64,000 nucleotides of DNA from Solirubrobacterales bacterium (GTDB lineage: Bacteria > Actinomycetota > Thermoleophilia > Solirubrobacterales > 70-9): contig DASTTQ010000016.1 in NCBI GenBank assembly GCA_035760065.1, forward strand, positions 57,071-121,070. The letters are read 5' to 3'. Each line of letters starts with the position of its first letter. The stretch's first letter is position 1. A program made the translations under genes and the position numbers. This document shows positions 54,225-62,154 of this stretch, in pieces. The notes under the pieces are model-generated. The model was not told where the DNA came from. It saw nothing but the letters and a program-made list of their open reading frames with translations, and did no database searches.

Positions 54225-54482
54225 CTACCCGCCGCTCAACCGCATCGCGACCTCGTCGACGTAGCACCAGCTCCAGTCCTCGCCGGGCTCGGCCGAGCGG
54301 ATTATCGGGTGACCGGTGTCCTGGTGATGGCTGGTCGCGTGCTCGCCGGGGGAGTTGTCGCAGCAGCCGACGTGGCCGCAGGTCTGGCACATGCGGAGGT
54401 GGACCCAGGTGGTGCCGAGCGCGAGGCACTCCTCACAGCCCTCGACCTCGCCAGGAAGACCGAGGTGGGTGACCGCGTCGAG
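54225..54482 (-). CDS. UBP-type zinc-finger protein; N-terminal boundary unresolved (no canonical start codon upstream of the first Cys pair)
   Basis: GCEECLALGTTWVHLRMCQTCGHVGCCDNSPGEHATSHHQDTGHPIIRSAEPGEDWSWCYVDE is a clear zf-UBP pattern. The only in-frame ATG (54392) would delete the CEEC pair. The rest of track ORF 54225..54947 is off-frame over trxB. Confidence 0.5.
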   Translation of the reverse strand, partial: LDAVTHLGLPGEVEGCEECLALGTTWVHLRMCQTCGHVGCCDNSPGEHATSHHQDTGHPIIRSAEPGEDWSWCYVDEVAMRLSGG

Positions 54483-54492
54483 CTGCGTGCGC

Positions 54493-55497
54493 TCAGCCGC
54501 CCGTGGCGATCTCGGCGGGCTCGCCGCCGGGGAACCAGTGGGCCTCGACCGGCGGCGGCGCGTCGCGCAGGTAGCGCTCGGCGTCGAGCGCGCCCATGCA
54601 GCCGGTGCCGGCGGCGGTGACCGCCTGGCGGTAGGTGTGGTCGACGACGTCGCCGACGGCGAAGACGCCGGCGAGGTTGGTCCGGGTCGAGCCGGGCTCG
54701 GTGACGATGTAGCCGTCCTCGTCGGTGTCGACCTGGTCCCTGACGATCTCCGATTTCGGCACGTGGCCGATCGCGACGAAGGCGCCGTCGGTCTCGATCT
54801 GCTCCTCGGCGCCGGTCTCGACGTTGCGGAGGCGGACCTTCTCGAGCTTGCCGCTCTCGCCGGCGACGAACTCCTCGGCGACGAACGGCGTCTTGAGGGC
54901 GATGTTCTCCTTGTCGCGCGCCCGCTCGAACATGATCTTCGAGGCACGGAACTCGTCGCGGCGGTTGACGATCGTCAGCTCGCTGGCGAACTTGGAGATG
55001 AAGATCGAGTCCTCCATCGCCGAGTCGCCGCCGCCGACCACGATCACCCTCTGGTCTTTGAAGAAGGCGCCGTCGCAGACGCCGCAGGTGGAGACGCCGC
55101 GGCCGCCGAGCTCCATCTCGCCGGGGATGCCGAGCCGTTTCGGCTCCGCCCCCGTCGCCAGGATCACGGTCTTGGCGCGATGCTCCTCGTCGCCGAGGAA
55201 GACCTTCTGCACACCGCCGTCGGAGAGCTCGACGCGGTCGACGTCGTCGGTGACGAAGCGCGTCCCGAAGCGCTCGGCCTGGGCGCGGAACTGGGCCATC
55301 ATCTCCGGCCCCATGATCCCCTCGGGGTAGCCCGGGTAGTTCTCGACGTCGGTCGTGTTCTGGAGCTGGCCGCCCCACTGGAAGCCCTCGAAGACGAGCG
55401 GCTCGAGGTTGGCGCGGGCGGTGTAGAGCGCCGCGGTGTAGCCCGCCGGCCCGCCGCCGACGACGATCACGTTCTCGACTTTCTTGCTCTCAGCCAT
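54493..55497 (-). CDS. trxB: Thioredoxin-disulfide reductase
   Basis: Contains VIVVGGGPAGYTAALY, the redox-active CGVCDG (CxxC), VVGGGDSAMED and FAVGDV. The start is taken at ATG 55497 (MAESKKVEN...). Confidence 0.9.
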   Translation of the reverse strand: MAESKKVENVIVVGGGPAGYTAALYTARANLEPLVFEGFQWGGQLQNTTDVENYPGYPEGIMGPEMMAQFRAQAERFGTRFVTDDVDRVELSDGGVQKVFLGDEEHRAKTVILATGAEPKRLGIPGEMELGGRGVSTCGVCDGAFFKDQRVIVVGGGDSAMEDSIFISKFASELTIVNRRDEFRASKIMFERARDKENIALKTPFVAEEFVAGESGKLEKVRLRNVETGAEEQIETDGAFVAIGHVPKSEIVRDQVDTDEDGYIVTEPGSTRTNLAGVFAVGDVVDHTYRQAVTAAGTGCMGALDAERYLRDAPPPVEAHWFPGGEPAEIATGG

Positions 55498-55531
55498 ATC
55501 TCGCCGCCTGGAGTCTATTACTTTACTTTTT

Positions 55532-55560
55532 ATAGTAGCTCGATTCCGAGCGTAACTCAA
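55532..55560 (-). promoter_or_regulatory. Candidate sigma-70-type promoter for trxB
   Basis: The minus-strand read is TTGAGT - 17 nt - TACTAT, inside the only AT-rich patch upstream of trxB. The -10 lies 34 nt before the ATG. This is a sequence pattern only. Confidence 0.35.
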
Positions 55561-56685
55561 TCACCCTACGGCCGGCTCGAGGTCAGAGGTCGCCGAGCCG
55601 CCGCGTTCGATCGGCAGCCCCTCCTCTTCCCAGCGTTTGACCGTGTTCCGGAGCTGGAAGAAGGCGAAGATGCCCGGCGGGATCGGCATCCAGAAGGAAA
55701 CGAGGCGGAAGATCAGGACCGCCGGGAAGACCGTCTCCTCGGGAATCCCGAAGAGGACGAAGGCGCCGATCATGCCGGCGTCGACCGCCCCCACCCCCGC
55801 CGGCGCCAGCGGGAAGAGGTTGGCGACCATGCCGAGGAAGTAGCCCTGGACGACGACGGCGAGCGGGACGTGGACGCCGAAGGCGTGGAAGCAGGCCCAG
55901 AGGACGCCGATGCTGAAGGCCCAGAAGCCGGCGGCGCCGACCACCGCCAGGCCGCCGCGCGAGGGATGGGCGAAGAGGCCGAGGGCGAAGCGAAAGCCTT
56001 CGCCGAGCGTCGCCGGCACTTTGCCGGCTTTCTCGAGGACCTGGTGGGAGCGCTCGCTGTTGGCAAAGCGGGCTAGGCGGCGCCCGGTGTCGGCGGGGAT
56101 CAGCGTGATGAGGACGCCGACGATCAGCAGCAGCCCGGCGACGGCGGCGGGGACGATCGTCAGCTCGACCGAGCCCTTGCCGTTCATCACCCCGGTCCGC
56201 AGCAGCACCCCGAAGAGGATCAGGGCGATCGGATAGAAGACGTAATGAAGGGAGACGAAGGCGACCATGCGCCGGCCGACGTCGCGGCGCCCCATCCCCG
56301 CTTTGCGCAGCGCCCAGTAGGTGAGCGCGACGCCGCCCGCGCCGCCGGCCGAGAACAACAGCGTCGCGGCGACCCCGGCCATATTGATCTCGTAGGTCTC
56401 GGTCCAGCTCAGCCGCAGCGCGTCGCCGCCGACCACCGCTTTGAAGAGAGCGATGTAGGTCGCGTAGGCGGCGACGTTGAGCGCCACCGCGATCGCGATC
56501 CAGAGCGGATCGGCTTCGTCGAGCCGGCTGAGGGCGTCGCCGAGCCCGACCAGCTTCGGGAAGAGGAAGTAGATCGCGACCAGGAGGACGAGAACCAGGA
56601 CGACGGTCTGGACGATCCTCCGCGTAGTAAAGATCGGCAATTCGGCGTAGCGATTGGTCCCGTTCGCCGAGTCTTCCGGAGACAC
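55561..56685 (-). CDS. Flippase-like membrane protein (lysylphosphatidylglycerol-synthase TM-region family)
   Basis: 374 aa with about 8 TM segments. The pattern LFPKLVGLGDALSRL...WIAIAVALNVAAY fits the LPG_synthase_TM-type family as I recall it. Confidence 0.65.
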   Translation of the reverse strand: MSPEDSANGTNRYAELPIFTTRRIVQTVVLVLVLLVAIYFLFPKLVGLGDALSRLDEADPLWIAIAVALNVAAYATYIALFKAVVGGDALRLSWTETYEINMAGVAATLLFSAGGAGGVALTYWALRKAGMGRRDVGRRMVAFVSLHYVFYPIALILFGVLLRTGVMNGKGSVELTIVPAAVAGLLLIVGVLITLIPADTGRRLARFANSERSHQVLEKAGKVPATLGEGFRFALGLFAHPSRGGLAVVGAAGFWAFSIGVLWACFHAFGVHVPLAVVVQGYFLGMVANLFPLAPAGVGAVDAGMIGAFVLFGIPEETVFPAVLIFRLVSFWMPIPPGIFAFFQLRNTVKRWEEEGLPIERGGSATSDLEPAVG

Positions 56686-56695
56686 CCCTCGGAAA

Positions 56696-57643
56696 CTACC
56701 CGCTCGCGATCTTCTCCAGGCGCCGCAGGGCCCCGTTTACCCCGCGTACGAGGGGTTCCGCCAGCGGCTCGCCACGTCGCACGGCGGCAACCAGAAGCGC
56801 CCCGGCGAGGAGGTCGGTGACGTAGTGCTCGCCGAGATAGACGAGGGCGAAACCGAGCGTCCCGGCATAACCCCACCCGAGCGCGCCCTCGACCGTGCCG
56901 GCCTCGGAGAGCGCCAGGGCGGCGGTGAGCGAGGTGGCGAAGTGCAGCGAGGGCATCGCCGCCCAGGGGTTGCCGCCGAGCGCGTCGTACATCTTGGGCC
57001 AGGCCGAGCCCCAGGTGCTTTCGCCGACCTCGACCATGATCCGCCGCACCTCTTCCTCGCCGGTCAGCCCGTTCTCCGACGCCCACCACGGCGGCGCGGT
57101 CGGAACGGCGAAGTAGACGGCACAGCCGATGTCGAAGACCGCTGCCATCTGCCGCGCCGCGCGCGGGAAGCGCTCGGGGTGCCGGGCGAGGATGATCGCC
57201 AGCGCGAGATATGGCTCGAAGAACCAGAGCCAGTGGGCCCAGGTGAGGAAGCGGTTGACGGTGCCCGCGCGGGACAGCCGGGCAATCGCCCGCTGCAGCC
57301 GGGTGTTCGGCAGGGCGCCGAGGCCGATTGCGCGATCGGCGACGATCGGGTAGCGGCTGCGGAGGCGGCTGCGGAGGCGGTCGGGCCGATCGAAGGGGAG
57401 CTCGTGGACCATGATGAAGCCCCACATCTGCAGCGCGAAGAGGGCTACGTCGCGTTTCTTGGAGCGGGGGCGGATCACCGCCACCGCCAGCGGCCCGGCC
57501 GCGCAGGCGGCGATCGTCACCGGCGCCGGGATCCGCAGCCGGCGTCGCACCAGCGGAGTCACGACCGCGGCGCCGATCACGGCAGCAGCTGCCGCCCGAG
57601 TCGACCGGCGCAGGGCAGGGGATGGCCGGGAGCGCCTCCTCAT
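56696..57643 (-). CDS. PAP2-superfamily membrane phosphatase/transferase-like protein
   Basis: The C-terminal motifs AAMPSLHFATS and YLGEHYVTD resemble PAP2 C2/C3 motifs (SxH, HxxxD). The start is taken at ATG 57643. Confidence 0.65.
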   Translation of the reverse strand: MRRRSRPSPALRRSTRAAAAAVIGAAVVTPLVRRRLRIPAPVTIAACAAGPLAVAVIRPRSKKRDVALFALQMWGFIMVHELPFDRPDRLRSRLRSRYPIVADRAIGLGALPNTRLQRAIARLSRAGTVNRFLTWAHWLWFFEPYLALAIILARHPERFPRAARQMAAVFDIGCAVYFAVPTAPPWWASENGLTGEEEVRRIMVEVGESTWGSAWPKMYDALGGNPWAAMPSLHFATSLTAALALSEAGTVEGALGWGYAGTLGFALVYLGEHYVTDLLAGALLVAAVRRGEPLAEPLVRGVNGALRRLEKIASG

Positions 57644-57725
57644 AGGGGCGGCGAGTATAGGTAGCCGCACAGCAGGGTGACGGAGAAACCCCGGCGCCGC
57701 TCCGCCTGAATAGAATGGCCGCGCC

Positions 57726-58424
57726 TTGACGCCCCACTCGCCTGGCGCTGACCAGATCGACACTCTGCTTTGGATCGGCTTCGTCGCCGCCGCGATCCTC
57801 GTGGTCGCGGTCAACGTCGCGCTGTTCTACGCGGTGCGGCGGTTCCGCTCCGAGCGCGGCGGCGAGCCGCGCCAGCTGCTGAGCGGCCGCGGCCTGCAGT
57901 TCCGCGTCGGTGCCGTGCTCAGCATCTTCGCCCTCGTCCTCTTCGTGCTCGGGGTCGTCTTCACCGACAGGGCGCGCGAAGCTCCTTCGACCGGGGAAGC
58001 CGGCCTCGCCTCGGCGAAAACGCAGCCGTTGAAGATCAAGGCGACCGGCCAGCAGTGGCTGTGGCGCTACGACTACCCGAACGGCGCCTTCTCCTATTAC
58101 AAGCTGGTGGTGCCGGTCGACACCGCGGTCGAACTGGAACTGCTCTCCACCGACGTCGTCCACACCTGGAACGTCGACGACCTGGCCCCCAAGGCCGACG
58201 CGGTCCCGGGCAAGAGCCACGAGGTCGTCTTCCGCGCCGAAGACGAAGGCGTCTACGAGGGCGACTCCTCGACGCTCTCAGGGCAGGCCTACGCGCCGAT
58301 GCGGACCGCGGTCGAAGTGGTCTCACCCGCCGAATACGAGGAATTCGTCGAAAACCAGCAAGCTGAGATCGAATCCGCCCAGGAAACCGTCGTCGGCCAG
58401 ATCGAAAACGGAGAAGTGCCATGA
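57726..58424 (+). CDS. Heme-copper oxidase subunit II-like protein lacking the CuA cysteines
   Basis: Two N-terminal TM helices and a cupredoxin-like domain (QQWLWRYDYP..., DVVHTWNV). Where CuA oxidases have C-x-E-x-C-G-x-x-H-x-x-M, this protein reads SSTLSGQAYAPM. It has a TTG start and its stop overlaps the subunit I ATG (ATGA). Confidence 0.75.
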   Translation: MTPHSPGADQIDTLLWIGFVAAAILVVAVNVALFYAVRRFRSERGGEPRQLLSGRGLQFRVGAVLSIFALVLFVLGVVFTDRAREAPSTGEAGLASAKTQPLKIKATGQQWLWRYDYPNGAFSYYKLVVPVDTAVELELLSTDVVHTWNVDDLAPKADAVPGKSHEVVFRAEDEGVYEGDSSTLSGQAYAPMRTAVEVVSPAEYEEFVENQQAEIESAQETVVGQIENGEVP

Positions 58425-60100
58425 GCCCAAGCCCGCGCCCCGAGCTCGTCGTCGACGGCTTCCCCGCCGAGCGTCCCCGCTGGATCGAGCTGGCGACCAG
58501 CGCCGACCACAAGGACATCGGCCGGATCCTCCTCTGCGGCGCCCTCGGCTTCCTCTTCATCGCCGCCGTCGAGCTGGTGCTGATGCGCCTGCAGCTGCTG
58601 GTGCCGGAAAACACCTTCCTCTCGCCTGTCGCCTTCAACCGCATGCTCTCGCTCTACGGCGCGACCGCGATCTTCTTCTTCGCCCTGCCGCTCGCCCTCG
58701 GCCTCTTCTACTACGTGGCGCCGCTGCAGATCGGCGCCCGGGGCACCGCGCTGCCGCGGCTCGGCCAGGTCGGGGTGGGGCTCTGGGTCGCCGGCGCGAC
58801 GATCCTCTACGCCGGTTTCCTCTTCACCCCCTCTGAGGCCGGCGTCAACCCGCTGCCGCCGCTCAGCGAGCTCGCCTTCCTCTCCAACAACGGCGTCGAC
58901 GCGTGGGCCGCGGCGACCGGCCTGGCGACGCTGGGCTTCGTCCTCCTCTCGGTCAACCTGGTGGCGACGCTGCGCACGATGCGGGCGCCGGGCATGGCCT
59001 GGCGACGGGTCCCGGTCTTCGCCTGGGCCGCGGCCGTCTCCTCCTGGCTGATGGTCGTGATCGGCCCGGTGCTGCTGGCGGCGCTGACGATGCTGATGAT
59101 CGACCGCAACTACGACGGCATCTTCTTCGCCGACGGCTCCGGCGGCGCACCGTTGCTCTGGCAGCACCTCAGCTGGATCTTCTTCTCGGGCACCTACGTG
59201 TTCCTGCTGATCTTCGCCTTCGGCGCGATCGCCGAGATCCTCGCCACCTTCGCCCGCAAACCCCTCTTCAACCGCAACGTGACGATGGCCTCGCTGGCCG
59301 CGATCGCGATCCTCGGCACGCTCGCCTGGATGCAGAACATGCTGACCGCGCCGATCGGGATCGGCTGGATGTACTTCGCGATGCTGATGTCGCTGGGGCT
59401 CGTCGTCCCCTTCGGCCTCGTGATCTTCAACCTGATCGCCACCGTCGCCGGCGGCACCCTGCGGATGCGGGCGCCGGTCCTCTTCGCGATCGGCGCGATC
59501 TCGGCAATCTCGATCGGCCTCGCCGCCGAGCTCGAGCAGTCGCTGGTCGGCGCCGCCTGGCACCTGCACAACACCACCGACGCCACCGCAGCCACCCACT
59601 TCGCCCTCGTCGGCGGCGCCGTCCTCGGCGGCTTCGCGGCGCTCTATTACTGGTTCCCGAAGATGACCGGGCGGACGATGGGCGAGAACCTCGCCCGCTT
59701 CTCGTTCTGGGCGATCGTCGTCGGCCTGCTGCTCGGCTTCGTGCCGCTCTTCCTCGCCGGCGCCGACAAGGGCCAGGTCGCCGACGCCTACAAGTACTTC
59801 AGCGAAAACGGCGTCACCGCCTACAACGTGATCGCCTCGATCGGCGTGATCGTCCTCTTCGTCGGTCTGCTGCTGACGATCTGCAACGCGATCTTCAGCC
59901 GCGTCAACGGGCCGGCCGCCGGCCACGATCCCTGGGGCGGCGACTCGCTCGAGTGGTTCGCCCTCTCGCCACCGGAGCCGCACAACTTCGACATCCTCCC
60001 CGACGTCCGCAGCCCGCGGCCGCTGCGCGACATCCGCGAGGCGATCGGCAACCGCACCCGACGCGAGGAAACGACTCGCGAGACGCAGCCGGTAGCCTGA
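58421..60100 (+). CDS. Heme-copper oxidase subunit I-like protein with most canonical histidine metal ligands substituted
   Basis: Collinear with A-family subunit I (DHKDIG, PLQIGA, MRAPGM, LLWQHL, WFPKMTGR, DPWGG.SLEW). However it reads LSLYGATAIFF (Y79 for the helix II His), SWIFFSGTYVF (for FWFFGHPEVY), LAWMQNMLTA (for WAHHMF) and ATHFALV (for AHFHYV). Confidence 0.85.
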   Translation: MSPSPRPELVVDGFPAERPRWIELATSADHKDIGRILLCGALGFLFIAAVELVLMRLQLLVPENTFLSPVAFNRMLSLYGATAIFFFALPLALGLFYYVAPLQIGARGTALPRLGQVGVGLWVAGATILYAGFLFTPSEAGVNPLPPLSELAFLSNNGVDAWAAATGLATLGFVLLSVNLVATLRTMRAPGMAWRRVPVFAWAAAVSSWLMVVIGPVLLAALTMLMIDRNYDGIFFADGSGGAPLLWQHLSWIFFSGTYVFLLIFAFGAIAEILATFARKPLFNRNVTMASLAAIAILGTLAWMQNMLTAPIGIGWMYFAMLMSLGLVVPFGLVIFNLIATVAGGTLRMRAPVLFAIGAISAISIGLAAELEQSLVGAAWHLHNTTDATAATHFALVGGAVLGGFAALYYWFPKMTGRTMGENLARFSFWAIVVGLLLGFVPLFLAGADKGQVADAYKYFSENGVTAYNVIASIGVIVLFVGLLLTICNAIFSRVNGPAAGHDPWGGDSLEWFALSPPEPHNFDILPDVRSPRPLRDIREAIGNRTRREETTRETQPVA

Positions 60101-60107
60101 GCTCCGC

Positions 60108-61004
60108 ATGAGCGGTGCCCAGACTGCGACCCTCGCGCGGCGCCCGGCTGTTCCGACGCTCGTCCGCGACTACCTGACGCTGACCAAGCCGAAGGTGCAG
60201 TCGCTGTTGCTCTTCACCACGATCACGACGATGTACGTGGCCGGGAACCCGTCGCTCGAGCTGGTCTTCCTCACCTGCCTCGGCGGCGCCCTCTCGGCTG
60301 GCGGCGCCGGCGCGATCAACCACGCCGTCGACCGCGACATCGACCGCACGATGGCCCGCACGGCCGACCGTCCCGTAGCTTCGGGGCGCGTTTCGGCCGG
60401 CGCCGCGACGGCATTCGGCCTCGGCCTCGGCGCCGCCTCGTTCCTGCTGCTGGCATCGACCGTGAACCCGCTGGCGGCAGCGCTTTCGCTCTCGGGCCTG
60501 CTCGGCTACGTCTGCGTCTACACGCTCTGGCTGAAGCGGACGACGCCGCAGAACATAGTCATCGGCGGCGCCGCCGGCGCGGTGCCGCCGCTGGTCGCCT
60601 GGGCGGCGGTCACCGGCGGCCTCTCCGGCATGGCCTTCTACATGTTCGCGATCGTCTTCTTCTGGACTCCGCCGCACTTCTGGGCCCTCTCGCTGCTGAT
60701 GAAGGACGAGTACGCGAAGGCGGGGATCCCGATGCTCCCCGTCGTCCGCGGCGAGGAGGAGACCCGCCGCCAGATCCTCCTCTACACCGTCCTCCTCTAC
60801 GCCGTCACCCAGCTGCCCTTCTGCGCCGGCGGCCTCGGCGTCGCCTACCTGATCCCCTCGATGCTCTTGGGCGCGGCCTTTATCTACTCTGCGACCCGCC
60901 TCTATCGCAGCCGCAACCGCCGCTGGGCGCTCCGCACCTACCTCTTCTCCCTGGCCTACCTGGCCCTGCTCTTCCTCTCGATGGCCGTCGCCGCCAACGT
61001 CTGA
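60108..61004 (+). CDS. ctaB: Protoheme IX farnesyltransferase (heme O synthase)
   Basis: LTKPKVQSLLLFTT..., NHAVDRDIDRTMARTADRP, IVIGGAAGAVPPL and FFWTPPHFWAL are typical of CtaB/CyoE. Confidence 0.9.
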   Translation: MSGAQTATLARRPAVPTLVRDYLTLTKPKVQSLLLFTTITTMYVAGNPSLELVFLTCLGGALSAGGAGAINHAVDRDIDRTMARTADRPVASGRVSAGAATAFGLGLGAASFLLLASTVNPLAAALSLSGLLGYVCVYTLWLKRTTPQNIVIGGAAGAVPPLVAWAAVTGGLSGMAFYMFAIVFFWTPPHFWALSLLMKDEYAKAGIPMLPVVRGEEETRRQILLYTVLLYAVTQLPFCAGGLGVAYLIPSMLLGAAFIYSATRLYRSRNRRWALRTYLFSLAYLALLFLSMAVAANV

Positions 61005-61046
61005 GCAGGTTCAGCTAGTTAGAAACGGGGGGCACCTGGGGGATCG

Positions 61047-61148
61047 GGAGGGCCGTGTGCCCCTCGACAAAGGCTCCTGAGACCACGTTGGCGCCCAAGG
61101 CCACGACCAGCTGCGCGACGGTCTTTGGCGAGGGGCACACGGCCCTCC
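61047..61148. repeat. Long inverted repeat (hairpin with about 27-bp stem and 46-nt loop) in the ctaB-downstream spacer
   Basis: GGAGGGCCGTGTGCCCCTCG (61047..61066) is the exact reverse complement of CGAGGGGCACACGGCCCTCC (61129..61148). After one mismatch, pairing continues inward for 7 more pairs (61068..61074 with 61121..61127). Confidence 0.75.
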
Positions 61149-61191
61149 GCCAATCTCCTTCCCTCCCCCGCGCCTGATAGAACTCCGGCCA

Positions 61192-61305
61192 ATGGATCGC
61201 GAGACCGCACGCCGGAACCTGCGCGCCGGGCTGGTCGCCGGGGGCATCGCCGCCGGGATCTTTGCGCTCTCGTTCGCGGCGGCTTTCCTCTACATCGCCC
61301 AGTAG
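61192..61305 (+). CDS. Possible 37-aa single-TM peptide (below the ORF-track cut-off)
   Basis: ATG 61192 gives MDRETARRNLRAGLVAGGIAAGIFALSFAAAFLYIAQ, with stop at 61303..61305. Third positions are G/C-rich. It ends 4 nt before the next ORF's ATG. Confidence 0.3.
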   Translation: MDRETARRNLRAGLVAGGIAAGIFALSFAAAFLYIAQ

Positions 61306-61309
61306 AACG

Positions 61310-61603
61310 ATGGCCGAGCACCGACACGTTCCCGAGCCGGACGAGACGATCTACACGCCGCGCCTTTCCTGGGCGCCGGCAATCCTCGCCTTCGGGGCGG
61401 TCGGCCTCGTCTGCGGGATCTTCGCCGCCGGCTTCATCTTCGCGCCCTTCGTCTACGCGATCATCGGCGCGATCATCGCCCTGCTCGCCTTCCGCGGACT
61501 CGTCCGCGGCTCGATCCGCGACTACCACAGGCTCCCGCGCCGCCAGGAGACCCGCAGCGCGGCTCTGCCGGTGGAAACCATCAGCGGCCCCCCGCAGGCC
61601 TAG
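61310..61603 (+). CDS. Small two-TM membrane protein
   Basis: ATG 61310 inside track ORF 61262..61603 gives MAEHRHVPEPDETIYTPRLSWAPAILAFGAVGLVCGIFAAGFIFAPFVYAIIGAIIALLAF... Confidence 0.5.
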   Translation: MAEHRHVPEPDETIYTPRLSWAPAILAFGAVGLVCGIFAAGFIFAPFVYAIIGAIIALLAFRGLVRGSIRDYHRLPRRQETRSAALPVETISGPPQA

Positions 61604-61610
61604 AAAGTCC

Positions 61611-62027
61611 TCAGCCCTGGCTCTGGCCGGGTAGGGACATATCAGAAGTCGCTCCATCCGAGGTCCAGCACCTGACGATGTCGCGCATCGAGAGGACGCC
61701 GACCGCATCGCCGGCGTCGAAGACGACGAGGTGGCGGACGTTGCGCCGCGACATCTCCGCCGCCGCCCGCTCGAGGCTCCAGTCTGGAGCGGCACTGAGG
61801 ACTCCCTCGCTCATGTGATCGGCGACCCGCTCGTTGTCGGGACTCTGGCCGCGGGCGACGGAGATCAGCAGGTCGCGCTCGGTGACGACCGAGGGAGTGG
61901 GCATCTCGCCGTCGATCACCAGCGCCGCGCCGGTCCCCTTCTCGACCATCTTCGCCGCCGCCTCGCGCAGCGTGTGGGACGGGCCCACGGTCAACGTGAT
62001 CTCCGACATTCCGTCCCTCACCTGCAT
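61611..62027 (-). CDS. CBS-domain pair protein
   Basis: 138 aa with two CBS repeats (ITLTVGPSHTLREAAAKMVEKGTGAALVID...; VLSAAPDWSLERAAAEMSRRNVRHLVVFD...GVLSMRDIV). Confidence 0.8.
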   Translation of the reverse strand: MQVRDGMSEITLTVGPSHTLREAAAKMVEKGTGAALVIDGEMPTPSVVTERDLLISVARGQSPDNERVADHMSEGVLSAAPDWSLERAAAEMSRRNVRHLVVFDAGDAVGVLSMRDIVRCWTSDGATSDMSLPGQSQG

Positions 62028-62154
62028 CTACGGCCTCCCATCGCATCGGTTCAGAGTTAGTGCGGATCGCCTCAAAGATTAGCCCACCCGCGGGTGCCTG
62101 ACGGGACGCTCGTCCGGGGTCCCGACATATAGACTCCCGCTCGCACTCTGCCCC

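Noticed and set aside
54483-54947. Upstream 155 codons of track ORF 54225..54947
   Set aside because: It is an S/R/P/T-rich off-frame read through the trxB coding region. Only the C-terminal 85 codons show zf-UBP character.
56409-60111. Long ORFs 56409..58220(-), 58289..60109(-) and 58903..60111(+)
   Set aside because: They are antisense or off-frame to the PAP2, oxidase subunit II-like and subunit I-like genes, with arginine-rich low-complexity translations.
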